DNA of 64,000 nucleotides, taken from contig CAMVFZ010000010.1 in assembly GCA_947166905.1 (NCBI GenBank), forward strand, positions 1,905-65,904, written 5' to 3'. Below the pieces are notes generated by a model that worked only from the letters and a program-made list of their open reading frames with translations, was not told the origin of the DNA and searched no databases. Of this stretch, positions 39,193 to 48,770 are shown in pieces. Numbering within the stretch: position 1 is the stretch's first letter; each line of letters starts with the position of its first letter. Position numbers and translations under genes: made by a program. Source of the stretch: an uncultured Prevotellaceae bacterium (lineage in GTDB: Bacteria > Bacteroidota > Bacteroidia > Bacteroidales > UBA932).

Positions 39193-40704
39193 TCAATATG
39201 CGGAACCCTGGGCCTGACGCAGGGACAGGTTGTTGATCTGGAGCTCTATGCCAGCATCGATAAGGTCTGACTTAGCCTTGAGCCATGCGCTCTGCGCAGC
39301 CAGGGCCACATTTGTAGTAATGACGCCTTCTTCAAAGCCGATGTTAGCCTGACGCATGTTCTCTTCTGCGCTTTCAAGGGCGCTCCTGGCCATATTCAAC
39401 TTATCCAGGGCCTCACGCTGCTGCTTCTGGAGCTGGCTTACCTGAAGGGTCACCATCTCCTTGGCATCCTGAAGCTGAAGCTTGTAAAGAGTAGCCTCTG
39501 CCTTGGCCTTGCGGGTCTTGTTAAGATTCATAAAGCCGTGGAAGATAGGAACGGTTACCAATACTCCTGCATTGAAGGCACCGCCCCACTCCTTTGAGAA
39601 GCCGTTGTAAGGGTTCGGATTGCTGATAACATAATTGACGGTAAGGGCAACCTTCGGGAGCATATCGGCGCGGGCGACCTTTACCTTGTTGTCATAAATC
39701 TCTCCGGCAAGCTTAAGGCTCTTGAGCTCAGGCCTGTCGGCATAAATGTCGTCCATGGACTTAACGGCCGGGAGGATGGGGTTGGCAATGTCATCTGACA
39801 ATTCGTCATCCAGGACGATGTCGCTATCAAGTGGCAGGCCTATCTGCTTGCAAAGCAGCATTTTAGCCAGCGAAAGACCGTTCTTGGCCTTGTTCAGTAG
39901 CATATCAGCCTCATTGACCTTTACCTTTACCTGGAGCACATCCGAGCCAGTGAGCAGGCCTTCTTCAGCAGTCACCTGAGCATCGTGCTCCATTTTGTGA
40001 AGCAGGTCTGCGTATGCCTCTGCAGTGCGGGCCTTTGCTGCGATGGAAACAATCTGCCAGTATGATTTGTCAACCTCACTGACAAGCTTTCTTTCCGAAA
40101 TGTCGTACTGACTTCTGGAAAGCTCTTCTGCCAAAGCGGCTATCTTGTTGGCAGCCACTATTTTACCACCCATAAAAATGGGCTGCTGAAGGGTGATGGC
40201 CCCAATGAACATATTCTCATTGTCCAGATGGAAGGCCTTGTCCACCTCCTGTCCCAGAGCGCCGATGGTACCGGAAATATCCGTCTGTCCAAGCTGGGAC
40301 AATACGAACTGCCACATAGGGCTGCCGGCCAACTCCTGCAAAATTGCCGGGTTGCTGTAGATTGCCTGAGTGAGATTCTGGATTGTTGTCTGCATTTTTT
40401 CTCCTACGGCAGTTCCAAGGCCATTAAGTTTTGCAGACATCTCATTGTCTATCAGGGCGATGTTCTTGCCGTTATGCATGTAAGCACCGGTTGCGGAAAT
40501 ATTGGGGAAGTAATTTGCAAGGGCGATGCTGCGGTCGTATCCGGCCATTTCTATACGTGTCTGGGCCTGTTTAAGTTCCAGGTTCCCCTCCAGAGCCATC
40601 CGCCGGCAGTCTTCCAAAGACAGTCTTTGCTGGGCCGTCATAATGACAGAGCCGGCAAACAATGCTGCCAGAGAGGCAAAAAGATACTTGAATCTATAGT
40701 TCAT
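39193..40704 (-). CDS. TolC-family outer membrane efflux protein
   Basis: Start moved to Met27 ('MNYRFKYLFASLAALFAGSVIMTAQQ' signal; CAT 40702-40704). Duplicated coiled-coil/beta repeats are typical of OEP/TolC. Confidence 0.85.
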   Translation of the reverse strand: MNYRFKYLFASLAALFAGSVIMTAQQRLSLEDCRRMALEGNLELKQAQTRIEMAGYDRSIALANYFPNISATGAYMHNGKNIALIDNEMSAKLNGLGTAVGEKMQTTIQNLTQAIYSNPAILQELAGSPMWQFVLSQLGQTDISGTIGALGQEVDKAFHLDNENMFIGAITLQQPIFMGGKIVAANKIAALAEELSRSQYDISERKLVSEVDKSYWQIVSIAAKARTAEAYADLLHKMEHDAQVTAEEGLLTGSDVLQVKVKVNEADMLLNKAKNGLSLAKMLLCKQIGLPLDSDIVLDDELSDDIANPILPAVKSMDDIYADRPELKSLKLAGEIYDNKVKVARADMLPKVALTVNYVISNPNPYNGFSKEWGGAFNAGVLVTVPIFHGFMNLNKTRKAKAEATLYKLQLQDAKEMVTLQVSQLQKQQREALDKLNMARSALESAEENMRQANIGFEEGVITTNVALAAQSAWLKAKSDLIDAGIELQINNLSLRQAQGSAY

Positions 40705-40802
40705 TTTGCAAAAATATTTCTTTGTATGTAAGTTGTCAATATGCCGCAAAAAATGGGCCATATCGTACATTTTATGATACAATTGTTATATTTGTGCCCT
40801 AT

Positions 40803-41573
40803 ATGAAGAATATCTCAGCTCCCATAGTACTAAGACGCCTTAATACCATAGGCTACAAAGAGGCTCCAAACGAGCCTGCGCGACGCTTTGCACAGTGGTC
40901 GTTCCTGTACCTGATTTCCGGCGAAGTACTGACTCATACCGGGAGCGATTCCGTGCTTTGCGCTTCTCACGACGTACTTCTTGTGCCCCCCGGCACAGAA
41001 TTCCGCGTGCTGTGGTACAAAGACAGCGTAGGATACTTCGGCGGCTTTGAAGAGTCCTCCCTGCTTGGCCGCACCCTGCCACTTTTAAGGGCCACCGTCC
41101 CCGTTAAGGTAAGAATCCCCTATTCCGACGAAATCTTTGCCGATGAACTTATGGAATCCCTGTCCCGACACCTTCAGGAGCCGGAACTTGCGGCGTCCAG
41201 CCTGGACCTTCTGCTGCGCATACTGCGCACCGGGTCTTCCGATGGCAGTTCCATCTGCAGGGTTTTTCTGGACGATGTCTTCTGCGGCGCCCCGGTCCTT
41301 GGCGGACCGTCGGACTTTGCCGCCCGTCAGGGCATTTCAGAGGCGGATCTGAACCGTGAAGTCAAGGAGGAAACCGGACGCACGGCCGGAGAATGGATAG
41401 CAATTTCTCGCTTGTCCCTGGCCAAACTATACCTTAAAGACCCCTCCCTTTCCATGGCGGAAGTATCAGAGAAAACCGGAATAGAAGACCAGTCCTACTT
41501 TGCACGCTTTTTCAAGAAACACGAGGGGGTCACTCCAAGCCAGTATCGCAACGATATTCTCAAAAAGTCCTAA
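40803..41573 (+). CDS. AraC-family transcriptional regulator
   Basis: Start moved to Met28 (ATG 40803). N-terminal cupin-like region and C-terminal dual HTH '...LSMAEVSEKTGIEDQSYFARFFKKHEGVTPSQYR'. Confidence 0.8.
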   Translation: MKNISAPIVLRRLNTIGYKEAPNEPARRFAQWSFLYLISGEVLTHTGSDSVLCASHDVLLVPPGTEFRVLWYKDSVGYFGGFEESSLLGRTLPLLRATVPVKVRIPYSDEIFADELMESLSRHLQEPELAASSLDLLLRILRTGSSDGSSICRVFLDDVFCGAPVLGGPSDFAARQGISEADLNREVKEETGRTAGEWIAISRLSLAKLYLKDPSLSMAEVSEKTGIEDQSYFARFFKKHEGVTPSQYRNDILKKS

Positions 41574-41625
41574 AAGCATTTGTTTTATCCTAATGCATGT
41601 TTTAAAAAAGCGCTAATTTTGCACC

Positions 41626-43863
41626 ATGATTAATTTATTGGCCGCAATTAGCGTCGTGTTGATGTCAGTGCCCTCAGACCCGCCCGTAAAGGAGTCTGAG
41701 GACACTTTGTCGGCTTCTGTTGTAACCGTGTCAAAAATGAACGCAGTGCTTGTAAAGGCTGCGTCTCCAGTTTTTTCAGTAGATCGGTTTGAAGTAGACA
41801 GAAAACAGTTAAATAGTCCTAAACGCTTGTCGTCCCTTGTTCCCAACCTGCATATTCCGGAATACGGATCGGCTATGACCTCTTCTATATACGCAAGGGG
41901 CTTCGGCTCCAGGATGGAGAATCCCTCGATTGGCCTGTATGTAGATGAGATCCCCGTTCTGGATAAGAATATGTTCGATACGGACTTTCTGGACGTAGAC
42001 AGAATAGACTATGTCAGCGGCCCTCAGGCAACTTTGTTCGGCCGTAATTCCATGGTTGGCGTGTTGTCCGTTTCTACCCTTCCGGCTTTTGATGAACTGC
42101 TGCCGGATGGTGCTGTCAGCCTGACTTATGGCAGCTTCGGCACCATCGAGGCTTCCGGCCTTTGGCATAAGGGGCGCGTGGTGGCATCGGCAAAAGTCTT
42201 CCATACCAACGGTATGTACAAAAACAGCTTTGATGGTTCGCGGGTGGACGATGGCAACGGAGGCTCTTTCCGTCTGCGTTACAGCCCCCGGAGGCGTGCC
42301 GGCCGCAGTTCCAACTATTCATTGTGGGCATCGTACCTCAATCAGGGCGGATGGCCGTACAGGCAGCTGAAAGAGGATGGCAGCATCGCTCCGATAAACT
42401 ATAACGATGTCTGCGCTTACGAGCGTCTTACCGTCCTTGCAGGCGCAAACGAAGGCTTCAAAGTTGGTCATAATCATGACCTTAAGAGTATTACCTCACT
42501 GCAGATTCTTCTGGACAGGATGAAGATGGACCAGGATTTTACGGATGCCTCAATGTTCACGCTTAAGCAGCGCCAAAGGCAGGTGGCTCTTACAGAGGAG
42601 CTCATCTTCCGCCCGTCGGTAAATGCAGACTGGTGGGACAGCCAGAGCGGACTGTTCATATTCTCAAAATACAACAAGATGCACGCGCCCGTGCACTTTC
42701 TGCAGGACGGCATCAGCCAGCTTATCCTTGGTAATGCAAACGCCCATATTCCGGAGAGCATAGGAAAACTGGACTTTTCTGAAACCGATTTTGTGATTGG
42801 CAGCGACTTTGATCTTTTCTATCAGAACGCCGCACTTTACCACGAATCTTACTTCACCTTCGGCAAATGGCGTTTTACGGCCGGCGTGCGTCTGGACTAT
42901 GAATTCCAGTACATGAAATACGACAGCCGCGCCACCATACATTACGCCCTTCTGCCCAGGATGACTACATACCGGGAGCTGAATACCGTGTTTGAGGGCT
43001 CCCAGAACAACTCCTGGCTTCAGTTTGTACCAAAAGTGGCCGCCCGCTACGGAACGTATTACAATTATTTGTTTGCATCGGTATCGAAAGGCTTCAGGGC
43101 AGGAGGCTTCAATACCCAGATTTTCTCCGACATACTGCAAAACCGCCTGACCGGAGACCTTATGGACGGCATGGGCGTACATGTGGACGGCATGGGAGAA
43201 GGCCTTGGCGCCTCAAGCACAGTGTATAAACCGGAAGAAAGCTGGAACTTCGAGCTTGGCGGCAGGACCAGCATCAAACTGGGTCGCGAAGCCGGATACC
43301 TGACGCTGTCGGCATCGGTCTTTGACATAGAGTGCCGCAATCAGCAGATAACCGTGTTCCCGGCCGGTAAGAATACCGGACGAATGATGGCAAATGCCGG
43401 ACAATCACGCAGTTACGGGGCGGAGATGACGGCCAGATGGAATAACGGAACATTTAATTCAGACTTGCGTTTTGGCTGGTCTCACGCCACCTTTACCAAA
43501 TATAACGACAATATACAGGACTATAGCGGCAAATTCATTCCCTATGCGCCTACTGCAACCTGGCATTACGGACTGGGCTGCACTAACGTAAACATAGATT
43601 ATCTTACCGAAGTTGACTTATACGTTTACGCTTCCGGCTGCGGCAAAATCTGGTGGAACGAAGACAATACCCTGGCTCAGGATCCCTACTGCCTCCTGGG
43701 TGCCGATATTACCTTTAAGTTCGACGGCTTCGACCTCTTTGCCCATGCGACCAACATACTGAACAAGGATTACAGCGTATTCTGCTTTAAGTCCGTGGGT
43801 AATAACTTCCTTCAGAAAGGCCGTCCGCGCTGCGTGACCGGCGGAATCAGAATCAAATTTTAA
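41626..43863 (+). CDS. TonB-dependent receptor
   Basis: Plug region '...SIYARGFGSRMENPSIGLYVDEIPV', a long beta-barrel, and a C-terminal '...RCVTGGIRIKF' ending in aromatic F. Confidence 0.85.
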   Translation: MINLLAAISVVLMSVPSDPPVKESEDTLSASVVTVSKMNAVLVKAASPVFSVDRFEVDRKQLNSPKRLSSLVPNLHIPEYGSAMTSSIYARGFGSRMENPSIGLYVDEIPVLDKNMFDTDFLDVDRIDYVSGPQATLFGRNSMVGVLSVSTLPAFDELLPDGAVSLTYGSFGTIEASGLWHKGRVVASAKVFHTNGMYKNSFDGSRVDDGNGGSFRLRYSPRRRAGRSSNYSLWASYLNQGGWPYRQLKEDGSIAPINYNDVCAYERLTVLAGANEGFKVGHNHDLKSITSLQILLDRMKMDQDFTDASMFTLKQRQRQVALTEELIFRPSVNADWWDSQSGLFIFSKYNKMHAPVHFLQDGISQLILGNANAHIPESIGKLDFSETDFVIGSDFDLFYQNAALYHESYFTFGKWRFTAGVRLDYEFQYMKYDSRATIHYALLPRMTTYRELNTVFEGSQNNSWLQFVPKVAARYGTYYNYLFASVSKGFRAGGFNTQIFSDILQNRLTGDLMDGMGVHVDGMGEGLGASSTVYKPEESWNFELGGRTSIKLGREAGYLTLSASVFDIECRNQQITVFPAGKNTGRMMANAGQSRSYGAEMTARWNNGTFNSDLRFGWSHATFTKYNDNIQDYSGKFIPYAPTATWHYGLGCTNVNIDYLTEVDLYVYASGCGKIWWNEDNTLAQDPYCLLGADITFKFDGFDLFAHATNILNKDYSVFCFKSVGNNFLQKGRPRCVTGGIRIKF

Positions 43864-43873
43864 ATAAATAGAT

Positions 43874-44335
43874 ATGAAAAAGTTATTTGCAATTTTTACA
43901 GCAGCCCTGCTGCTTGCAGCCTGTGGCAGCGAAAACAAAGAAGAGAAAGGCAAAGAGGCCATTACTCCCGGTATAACAGACTTCAAGGGTACAATGGTAG
44001 TGGTTTATCAGGGTGAGGACGTCAGCACTCCCGACGTTACCATCAGCGTTGATTATCACAAGGCTTCTTCTACCGCAGACATCCTTTTCAAGCAGGTGAA
44101 ATTCGTACCCCAAATGCCTGTAAAACTTGACATTACCGTTCCCGGCGTTACTGTTAAGCAGAATGGTAGCACCATTCTTTTGTCGGCTGATGGAATTGAG
44201 CCCACAGCAGGTGGAATTCCTTACGAGCAGTACCTGGTAAGCGGCCTGTCAGGCAATATCAAGAATGGCTTCCTGGAGCTCCAGCTTTCATTCGGAAACT
44301 TCCCCACAAGGTTCCTGGGTGCGGAAATTGAGTAA
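43874..44335 (+). CDS. small lipoprotein, calycin/lipocalin-like (tentative)
   Basis: Lipobox 'LLLAAC'. 153 aa, all-beta looking. It lies immediately downstream of the TonB-dependent receptor. Confidence 0.45.
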   Translation: MKKLFAIFTAALLLAACGSENKEEKGKEAITPGITDFKGTMVVVYQGEDVSTPDVTISVDYHKASSTADILFKQVKFVPQMPVKLDITVPGVTVKQNGSTILLSADGIEPTAGGIPYEQYLVSGLSGNIKNGFLELQLSFGNFPTRFLGAEIE

Positions 44336-44376
44336 CTTTTTACGCAGAAAGTATTCTTTATTCAAAACGTTTTTTG

Positions 44377-44384
44377 TACTTTTG
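44377..44384 (+). promoter_or_regulatory. -7 type promoter motif (TACTTTTG) upstream of the sugar transporter/glucokinase pair
   Basis: Matches TAnnTTTG and lies about 50 nt upstream of the ATG at 44435. Confidence 0.3.
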
Positions 44385-44434
44385 TTTGCTTAATGGTCCG
44401 TTCATTGAACAAACAATAAACAAAAATAACGCTT

Positions 44435-45697
44435 ATGTCTAAAAAAAATGGAAATATCGTAGCGATTATCACTATGATATTCTTGTTCGGAATGATTTCA
44501 TTCGTTACGAACCTAGCAGCTCCTATCGGTAATATCTGGAAGATGCAGCCCGGCATTGACGGCTCCAACACCCTGGGTATGATGGGTAACATGATGAACT
44601 TCCTTGCCTATGCCATCATGGGTATTCCCGCAGGAAGAATGCTTACAAAATTCGGATATAAGAAAACAGCCCTCATAGCCATTGCAGTTGGCTTTGTGGG
44701 CGTTTTTGTACAGTTCCTGTCCGGCGTTTCTGTAAGCTTCATAGTTTATCTGCTCGGTGCATTCATCTGCGGTTTCTCCGTATGTATGCTCAACACCGTT
44801 GTTAACCCTATGCTCAAGATTCTGGGCGGCAAGAAGTCCAACCAGTACATCCAGATTGGCGGTACATTCAACTCTTTGATGGGTACCGTTACTCCTATGC
44901 TCGTGGGTGTTCTCATCGGCCAGCTTACCAAAGAGTCAGTTATCAGCGACGTTAACCCTGTTCTGTTCATCGCAATGGGTGTATTCGCCGCAGCATTCGT
45001 AATTCTCAACTTCATCAACATTGAGGATCCTGAAGGCGTTAAGTCTGACGGCAAGGCTGCAAGCCCCTGGAAGTTCAAGCACTTCATTTACGGTATCATC
45101 GCCATCTTCATCTATGTAGGTGTAGAGGTTGGTATCCCTGGAACTCTTAACTTCTATCTTTCCGACCCCGTTAAGGGCGCAGGTCTTGATCCGGCTACCG
45201 CAGTTAAAGTTGCAGGTTTCGTAGCAGGTACTTACTGGTTCATGATGCTCATCGGCCGTTTCATTTCCAGCTTCATCAGCGGAAAGGTTTCTGCAAGGGC
45301 TCAGCTTACCACAGTATCCGTAGTTGCAATCGTTCTTTGCCTTGCAGCTATGTTCATTCCTTCAAGCAACACCACCAGCATGCCCGTATTCACCGGCAGC
45401 AGCTTTGAGATGGCAGTTGTTCCCGTATCAGCACTTCTTCTCGTTCTCTGCGGTCTTTGCACCTCTGTTATGTGGGGTACAATCTTCGACCTTGCAGTTG
45501 ACGGCCTTGGTACCGCTACCAACCAGGCTTCCGGTATCTTCATGGCAATGGTAGTTGGTGGAGGTATCCTCCCTCTGCTCCAGAATGCAATTGCAGACGG
45601 CGCTGGCTACATGCCCAGCTACTGGGTAATCGTTGCCGGTCTCGGCTTCATACTCTTCTTCGCAGCCATCGGTTCAAAAGTAGCTAAAAAGGCATAA
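44435..45697 (+). CDS. MFS sugar transporter (glucose/galactose-FucP type)
   Basis: 420 aa with 12 hydrophobic helices. The N-terminal 'FGMISFVTNLAAPIGNIWK' pattern is as in GluP/FucP-type permeases. Confidence 0.8.
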   Translation: MSKKNGNIVAIITMIFLFGMISFVTNLAAPIGNIWKMQPGIDGSNTLGMMGNMMNFLAYAIMGIPAGRMLTKFGYKKTALIAIAVGFVGVFVQFLSGVSVSFIVYLLGAFICGFSVCMLNTVVNPMLKILGGKKSNQYIQIGGTFNSLMGTVTPMLVGVLIGQLTKESVISDVNPVLFIAMGVFAAAFVILNFINIEDPEGVKSDGKAASPWKFKHFIYGIIAIFIYVGVEVGIPGTLNFYLSDPVKGAGLDPATAVKVAGFVAGTYWFMMLIGRFISSFISGKVSARAQLTTVSVVAIVLCLAAMFIPSSNTTSMPVFTGSSFEMAVVPVSALLLVLCGLCTSVMWGTIFDLAVDGLGTATNQASGIFMAMVVGGGILPLLQNAIADGAGYMPSYWVIVAGLGFILFFAAIGSKVAKKA

Positions 45698-45699
45698 TT

Positions 45700-46677
45700 A
45701 TGGACGAGAAGAAACTTGAAAAGAATTACGTAGTTGGCGTAGACGTAGGTGGCCAGACATCAAAGCTTGGTGTAGTAGACCTTCGTGGAGAGGTCCTTGC
45801 ACAGACTGTTATCCGCTCCGATATCTACGGTGACGATGCCAATGCTTTCATCAAGGCTCTTGCAGAGGCCATCAAAGGCATTATCGAAGAGTCCGGTAAA
45901 GAAGGCCAGATCCGTGGCGTAGGCGTAGGCGCCCCCAACGGCAACTATTATACAGGAACCATCGCCTTTGCACCCAACCTTGCTTGGGCTTCAAACGGCA
46001 CAGTAGAGTTTGCAAAACTCCTTTCCAAGAATCTGGACGGCCTGCCCGTATCTCTTACCAACGATGCCAATGCAGCTGCAGTAGGTGAGATGATTTACGG
46101 CGCCGCCAAGGGTATGAAGAACTTTATCATGATTACCCTGGGTACCGGAGTAGGAAGCGGTATCGTAGTTAACGGTCAGGTTGTTTACGGCCACGACGGC
46201 TTTGCCGGAGAGCTTGGCCATACCACCGCCGTACGTCACAACGGCCGTGCCTGCGGTTGCGGCAAAACCGGCTGCCTTGAGGCTTACTGCTCTGCAATCG
46301 GCGTAGCACGTACAGCCCGCGAGTGGCTGGAGGCCAGCAACGAGCCCTCACTCCTGCGCGAGTGCGACAACATCACCTCCAAGGATGTATATGAGGCAGC
46401 ACGTTCAGGCGACCAGCTTGCTATCCGCGTGTTCAACTACACCGGTGCGCTTCTGGGCCGTCAGTTCGCAGACTTCGTTGCATTCAGCGCCCCTGAAGCT
46501 ATCGTACTCTTCGGCGGTCTCGCACGCAGCAAGGAGTTCCTGTACGAGCCTATCCTTAACGCAATGAACGAAAACCTCCTTCCTATCTGGAAGAACAAGG
46601 TTAAGATTCTCTTCTCCCAGCTCAAAGAGTCCGATGCCGCCATCCTTGGCGCATCCGCACTTGCCTGGGAGTTGTAA
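45700..46677 (+). CDS. ROK-family glucokinase
   Basis: 'VGVDVGGQTSKLGVVD', 'NDANAAAVGE', 'TLGTGVGSGIV', and zinc motif 'GHTTAVRHNGRACGCGKTGCLEAY'. Confidence 0.88.
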   Translation: MDEKKLEKNYVVGVDVGGQTSKLGVVDLRGEVLAQTVIRSDIYGDDANAFIKALAEAIKGIIEESGKEGQIRGVGVGAPNGNYYTGTIAFAPNLAWASNGTVEFAKLLSKNLDGLPVSLTNDANAAAVGEMIYGAAKGMKNFIMITLGTGVGSGIVVNGQVVYGHDGFAGELGHTTAVRHNGRACGCGKTGCLEAYCSAIGVARTAREWLEASNEPSLLRECDNITSKDVYEAARSGDQLAIRVFNYTGALLGRQFADFVAFSAPEAIVLFGGLARSKEFLYEPILNAMNENLLPIWKNKVKILFSQLKESDAAILGASALAWEL

Positions 46678-46691
46678 GATACCCCAAACTG

Positions 46692-46733
46692 ATTATCCCA
46701 CCCAAAAGCCATCTGGTCTTTGGGTGGGATAAT
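46692..46733. terminator. hairpin terminator between convergent glucokinase and S41 peptidase genes
   Basis: A perfect 13-bp stem: 'attatcccaccca' (46692-46704) pairs with 'tgggtgggataat' (46721-46733), followed by 'tgtttt'. Confidence 0.55.
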
Positions 46734-46746
46734 TGTTTTAGGTCCT

Positions 46747-48738
46747 CTAAAGGTATTTTCCTTCTGCTATAAGGGACAGCGCGTACTCCAGCATAACATC
46801 CGTTTTGCCATCGGCGCCGCAGAAAATCTCTTTGTAAGACAACGGGAGAGGATAATCCGGAAGCAAGCCACGGCCTGCCGGGAACCTGTCGTTTACGGTG
46901 GTGTCAAAAACACACTGGACCAAAGGCATCCTGAATGACCGGTATGTATTGGGCAGGTGGATCTCTGCAAACTTCAACGCAGACATACTGTGATAGGTGG
47001 TGCCCGTCTCGCGGCCTACGGAAACGGCCCGGCCGTTCCTTACAAGGGCTGCGGGGAAAAGAGTCGCCGCAGAGAATGAGTGACCGTTTGTAAGCACGTA
47101 AACCCTTCCTCCATAATGGATATCACGGTCCGGCATGATGGCAGAGCAGGTCTCCAGGGTATCGGCTTTGAAATAGCCGAAGGGCCCGGGGAAATAGTCT
47201 TCGAACATATCCACCCCGCAATAGTTGGAGCTATAGTCCAAAATGGGAACTTTACCCTTAACCATAACCCTAAGGAAGCCACCCTTTTGCTTATCCAAAG
47301 GAGCATCGGCAAAATAGGAAAGTAGCGTATTCAGCACTTCCGAATCTCCGCCACCATTGTTCCTGACGTCTACGACAAGGTTTTTAGCCTTGCAGTTTTT
47401 AAGGAAGTCTCCGATGCTTTCTACCTGCTCCTGCATCAATTCAAAGGTCTTAATTGCAAGATAGGCCGTTGAATCATTGAGGGTGCGCGTAGCAAAGACA
47501 TCATCATAGCTCATAGCCCGATTAAGTCTGTACCAGCGGGCAAACTTCATATACTCTTCATTGGGTTTGAACCGGGACTCTGACTGGAAAGGAATGCTAG
47601 CTGTGCTGCCATCGGCAAAAACAAGCTTATGCACGCTGGCCTTGGTGGCATCAAAGTTTAGCAAAGCCCCATAGCGGCCAAGAGCGACGCCCTCTTCCTG
47701 CTTCTGGCTTTCTACTTTGCCGTCATGGTTGCTGATATACTTCCAGGCCTCCCTTGCATACTCCGCCGCCGGCCTGCCGTTAATCTCAGTTACAACTTTA
47801 CCCACATATTTTGAATAGCCCTGAGGGGCGATCAGCACGCGGACGGTATCGTTGCAGGCAACCAGGAATTCTCCCGGAGACCATAAGGTACTATGGTCTT
47901 CAATGGGATCGGGCAAAATGGCCAAATGGCTGTCGGGGAGCTTGTTCAATATGCCGCGAAGCATCATTCCAAAGTCCATGGTAACCCTGATTGGCCCTGT
48001 GACGGACTGAATCAGGGAATCCATGTATGCGGTGAATTCTCCCCTGGAAATACTCTGGCCAAAGGATGGATAGAGCTCCCTGTAAGCTGTTTTCAGAACT
48101 TCCAGGTCTTCCTTGATTTTGTCGGCGGGCATGGGGTCTTCGCGGGTAAGAGCCTTGACCTCTACAAAAGTCGACTTAAGGCCGAAGGGTGACATCGGAT
48201 CGATACCCTGCCCTTTGGCGTTTGTAAAAATAACGGATATCGACGGAGTCTTTATCTCTTTATATGAATAGCCGATGGTGCCAAGAGTGTCTCCGGCGGC
48301 TATTTTCTGGCCTGTCTTGAACTTCTTGGCCCCGGTTATACCGCCGATGTAAACTTTGTTGCCGTCGGCCATACGAACGCAGACAATCCCGGAATAGTAC
48401 TTTGGATTGGCACTCTTGTCCAGCTTGGCGTCGCGGATATTCTGCTCCATGGTTTTATTGGCTTCCGCCGTAATTCCAACGGAATAATCCAATTTGATCA
48501 GATAAGTGACACCGACGTGGGAAATGGTTCCGGAGACGGGGCTAACCACTACGTCACCTTCCTTTCCGCCTATGAAAAGACGGTCATAGACAAGCTCGTT
48601 GCCAAGGTGCTCCTGAGGCCTGTACAGTATGTCCGTACCGGCCTGCTTACCGGCTACGGGCCAAACATAGCCCTGGCCCGATGCGGTTATGGACAAGGTG
48701 GTAAAGGCTGCTGACAAAAATAGAATTAGTTTTTTCAT
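46747..48738 (-). CDS. S41-family (tail-specific/C-terminal processing type) peptidase with N-terminal M23/LytM-like barrel lacking His motifs
   Basis: C-terminal half has 'NLVVDVRNNGGGDSEV' and 'VYVLTNGHSFSAATLF' (Ser nucleophile region). N-terminal half has 'WPVAGK...VVSPVSGTISHVG ... GQKIAAGDTLGTIGYS' with no HxxxD/HxH. Confidence 0.72.
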   Translation of the reverse strand: MKKLILFLSAAFTTLSITASGQGYVWPVAGKQAGTDILYRPQEHLGNELVYDRLFIGGKEGDVVVSPVSGTISHVGVTYLIKLDYSVGITAEANKTMEQNIRDAKLDKSANPKYYSGIVCVRMADGNKVYIGGITGAKKFKTGQKIAAGDTLGTIGYSYKEIKTPSISVIFTNAKGQGIDPMSPFGLKSTFVEVKALTREDPMPADKIKEDLEVLKTAYRELYPSFGQSISRGEFTAYMDSLIQSVTGPIRVTMDFGMMLRGILNKLPDSHLAILPDPIEDHSTLWSPGEFLVACNDTVRVLIAPQGYSKYVGKVVTEINGRPAAEYAREAWKYISNHDGKVESQKQEEGVALGRYGALLNFDATKASVHKLVFADGSTASIPFQSESRFKPNEEYMKFARWYRLNRAMSYDDVFATRTLNDSTAYLAIKTFELMQEQVESIGDFLKNCKAKNLVVDVRNNGGGDSEVLNTLLSYFADAPLDKQKGGFLRVMVKGKVPILDYSSNYCGVDMFEDYFPGPFGYFKADTLETCSAIMPDRDIHYGGRVYVLTNGHSFSAATLFPAALVRNGRAVSVGRETGTTYHSMSALKFAEIHLPNTYRSFRMPLVQCVFDTTVNDRFPAGRGLLPDYPLPLSYKEIFCGADGKTDVMLEYALSLIAEGKYL

Positions 48739-48770
48739 AGGTCAAGTCCTCCACATATGCTTATGCTGTT

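Noticed and set aside
41614-41621. A TAATTTTG promoter-like motif only 4 nt upstream of the TonB-dependent receptor ATG. Similar motifs lie 6-7 nt before the yigZ and NUDIX starts (33040-33047 and 57463-57470).
   Set aside because: The spacing is too short for a normal leader. They may indicate leaderless transcripts or different start codons, or they may be chance matches to an 8-mer with two free positions. They are therefore not reported as features.
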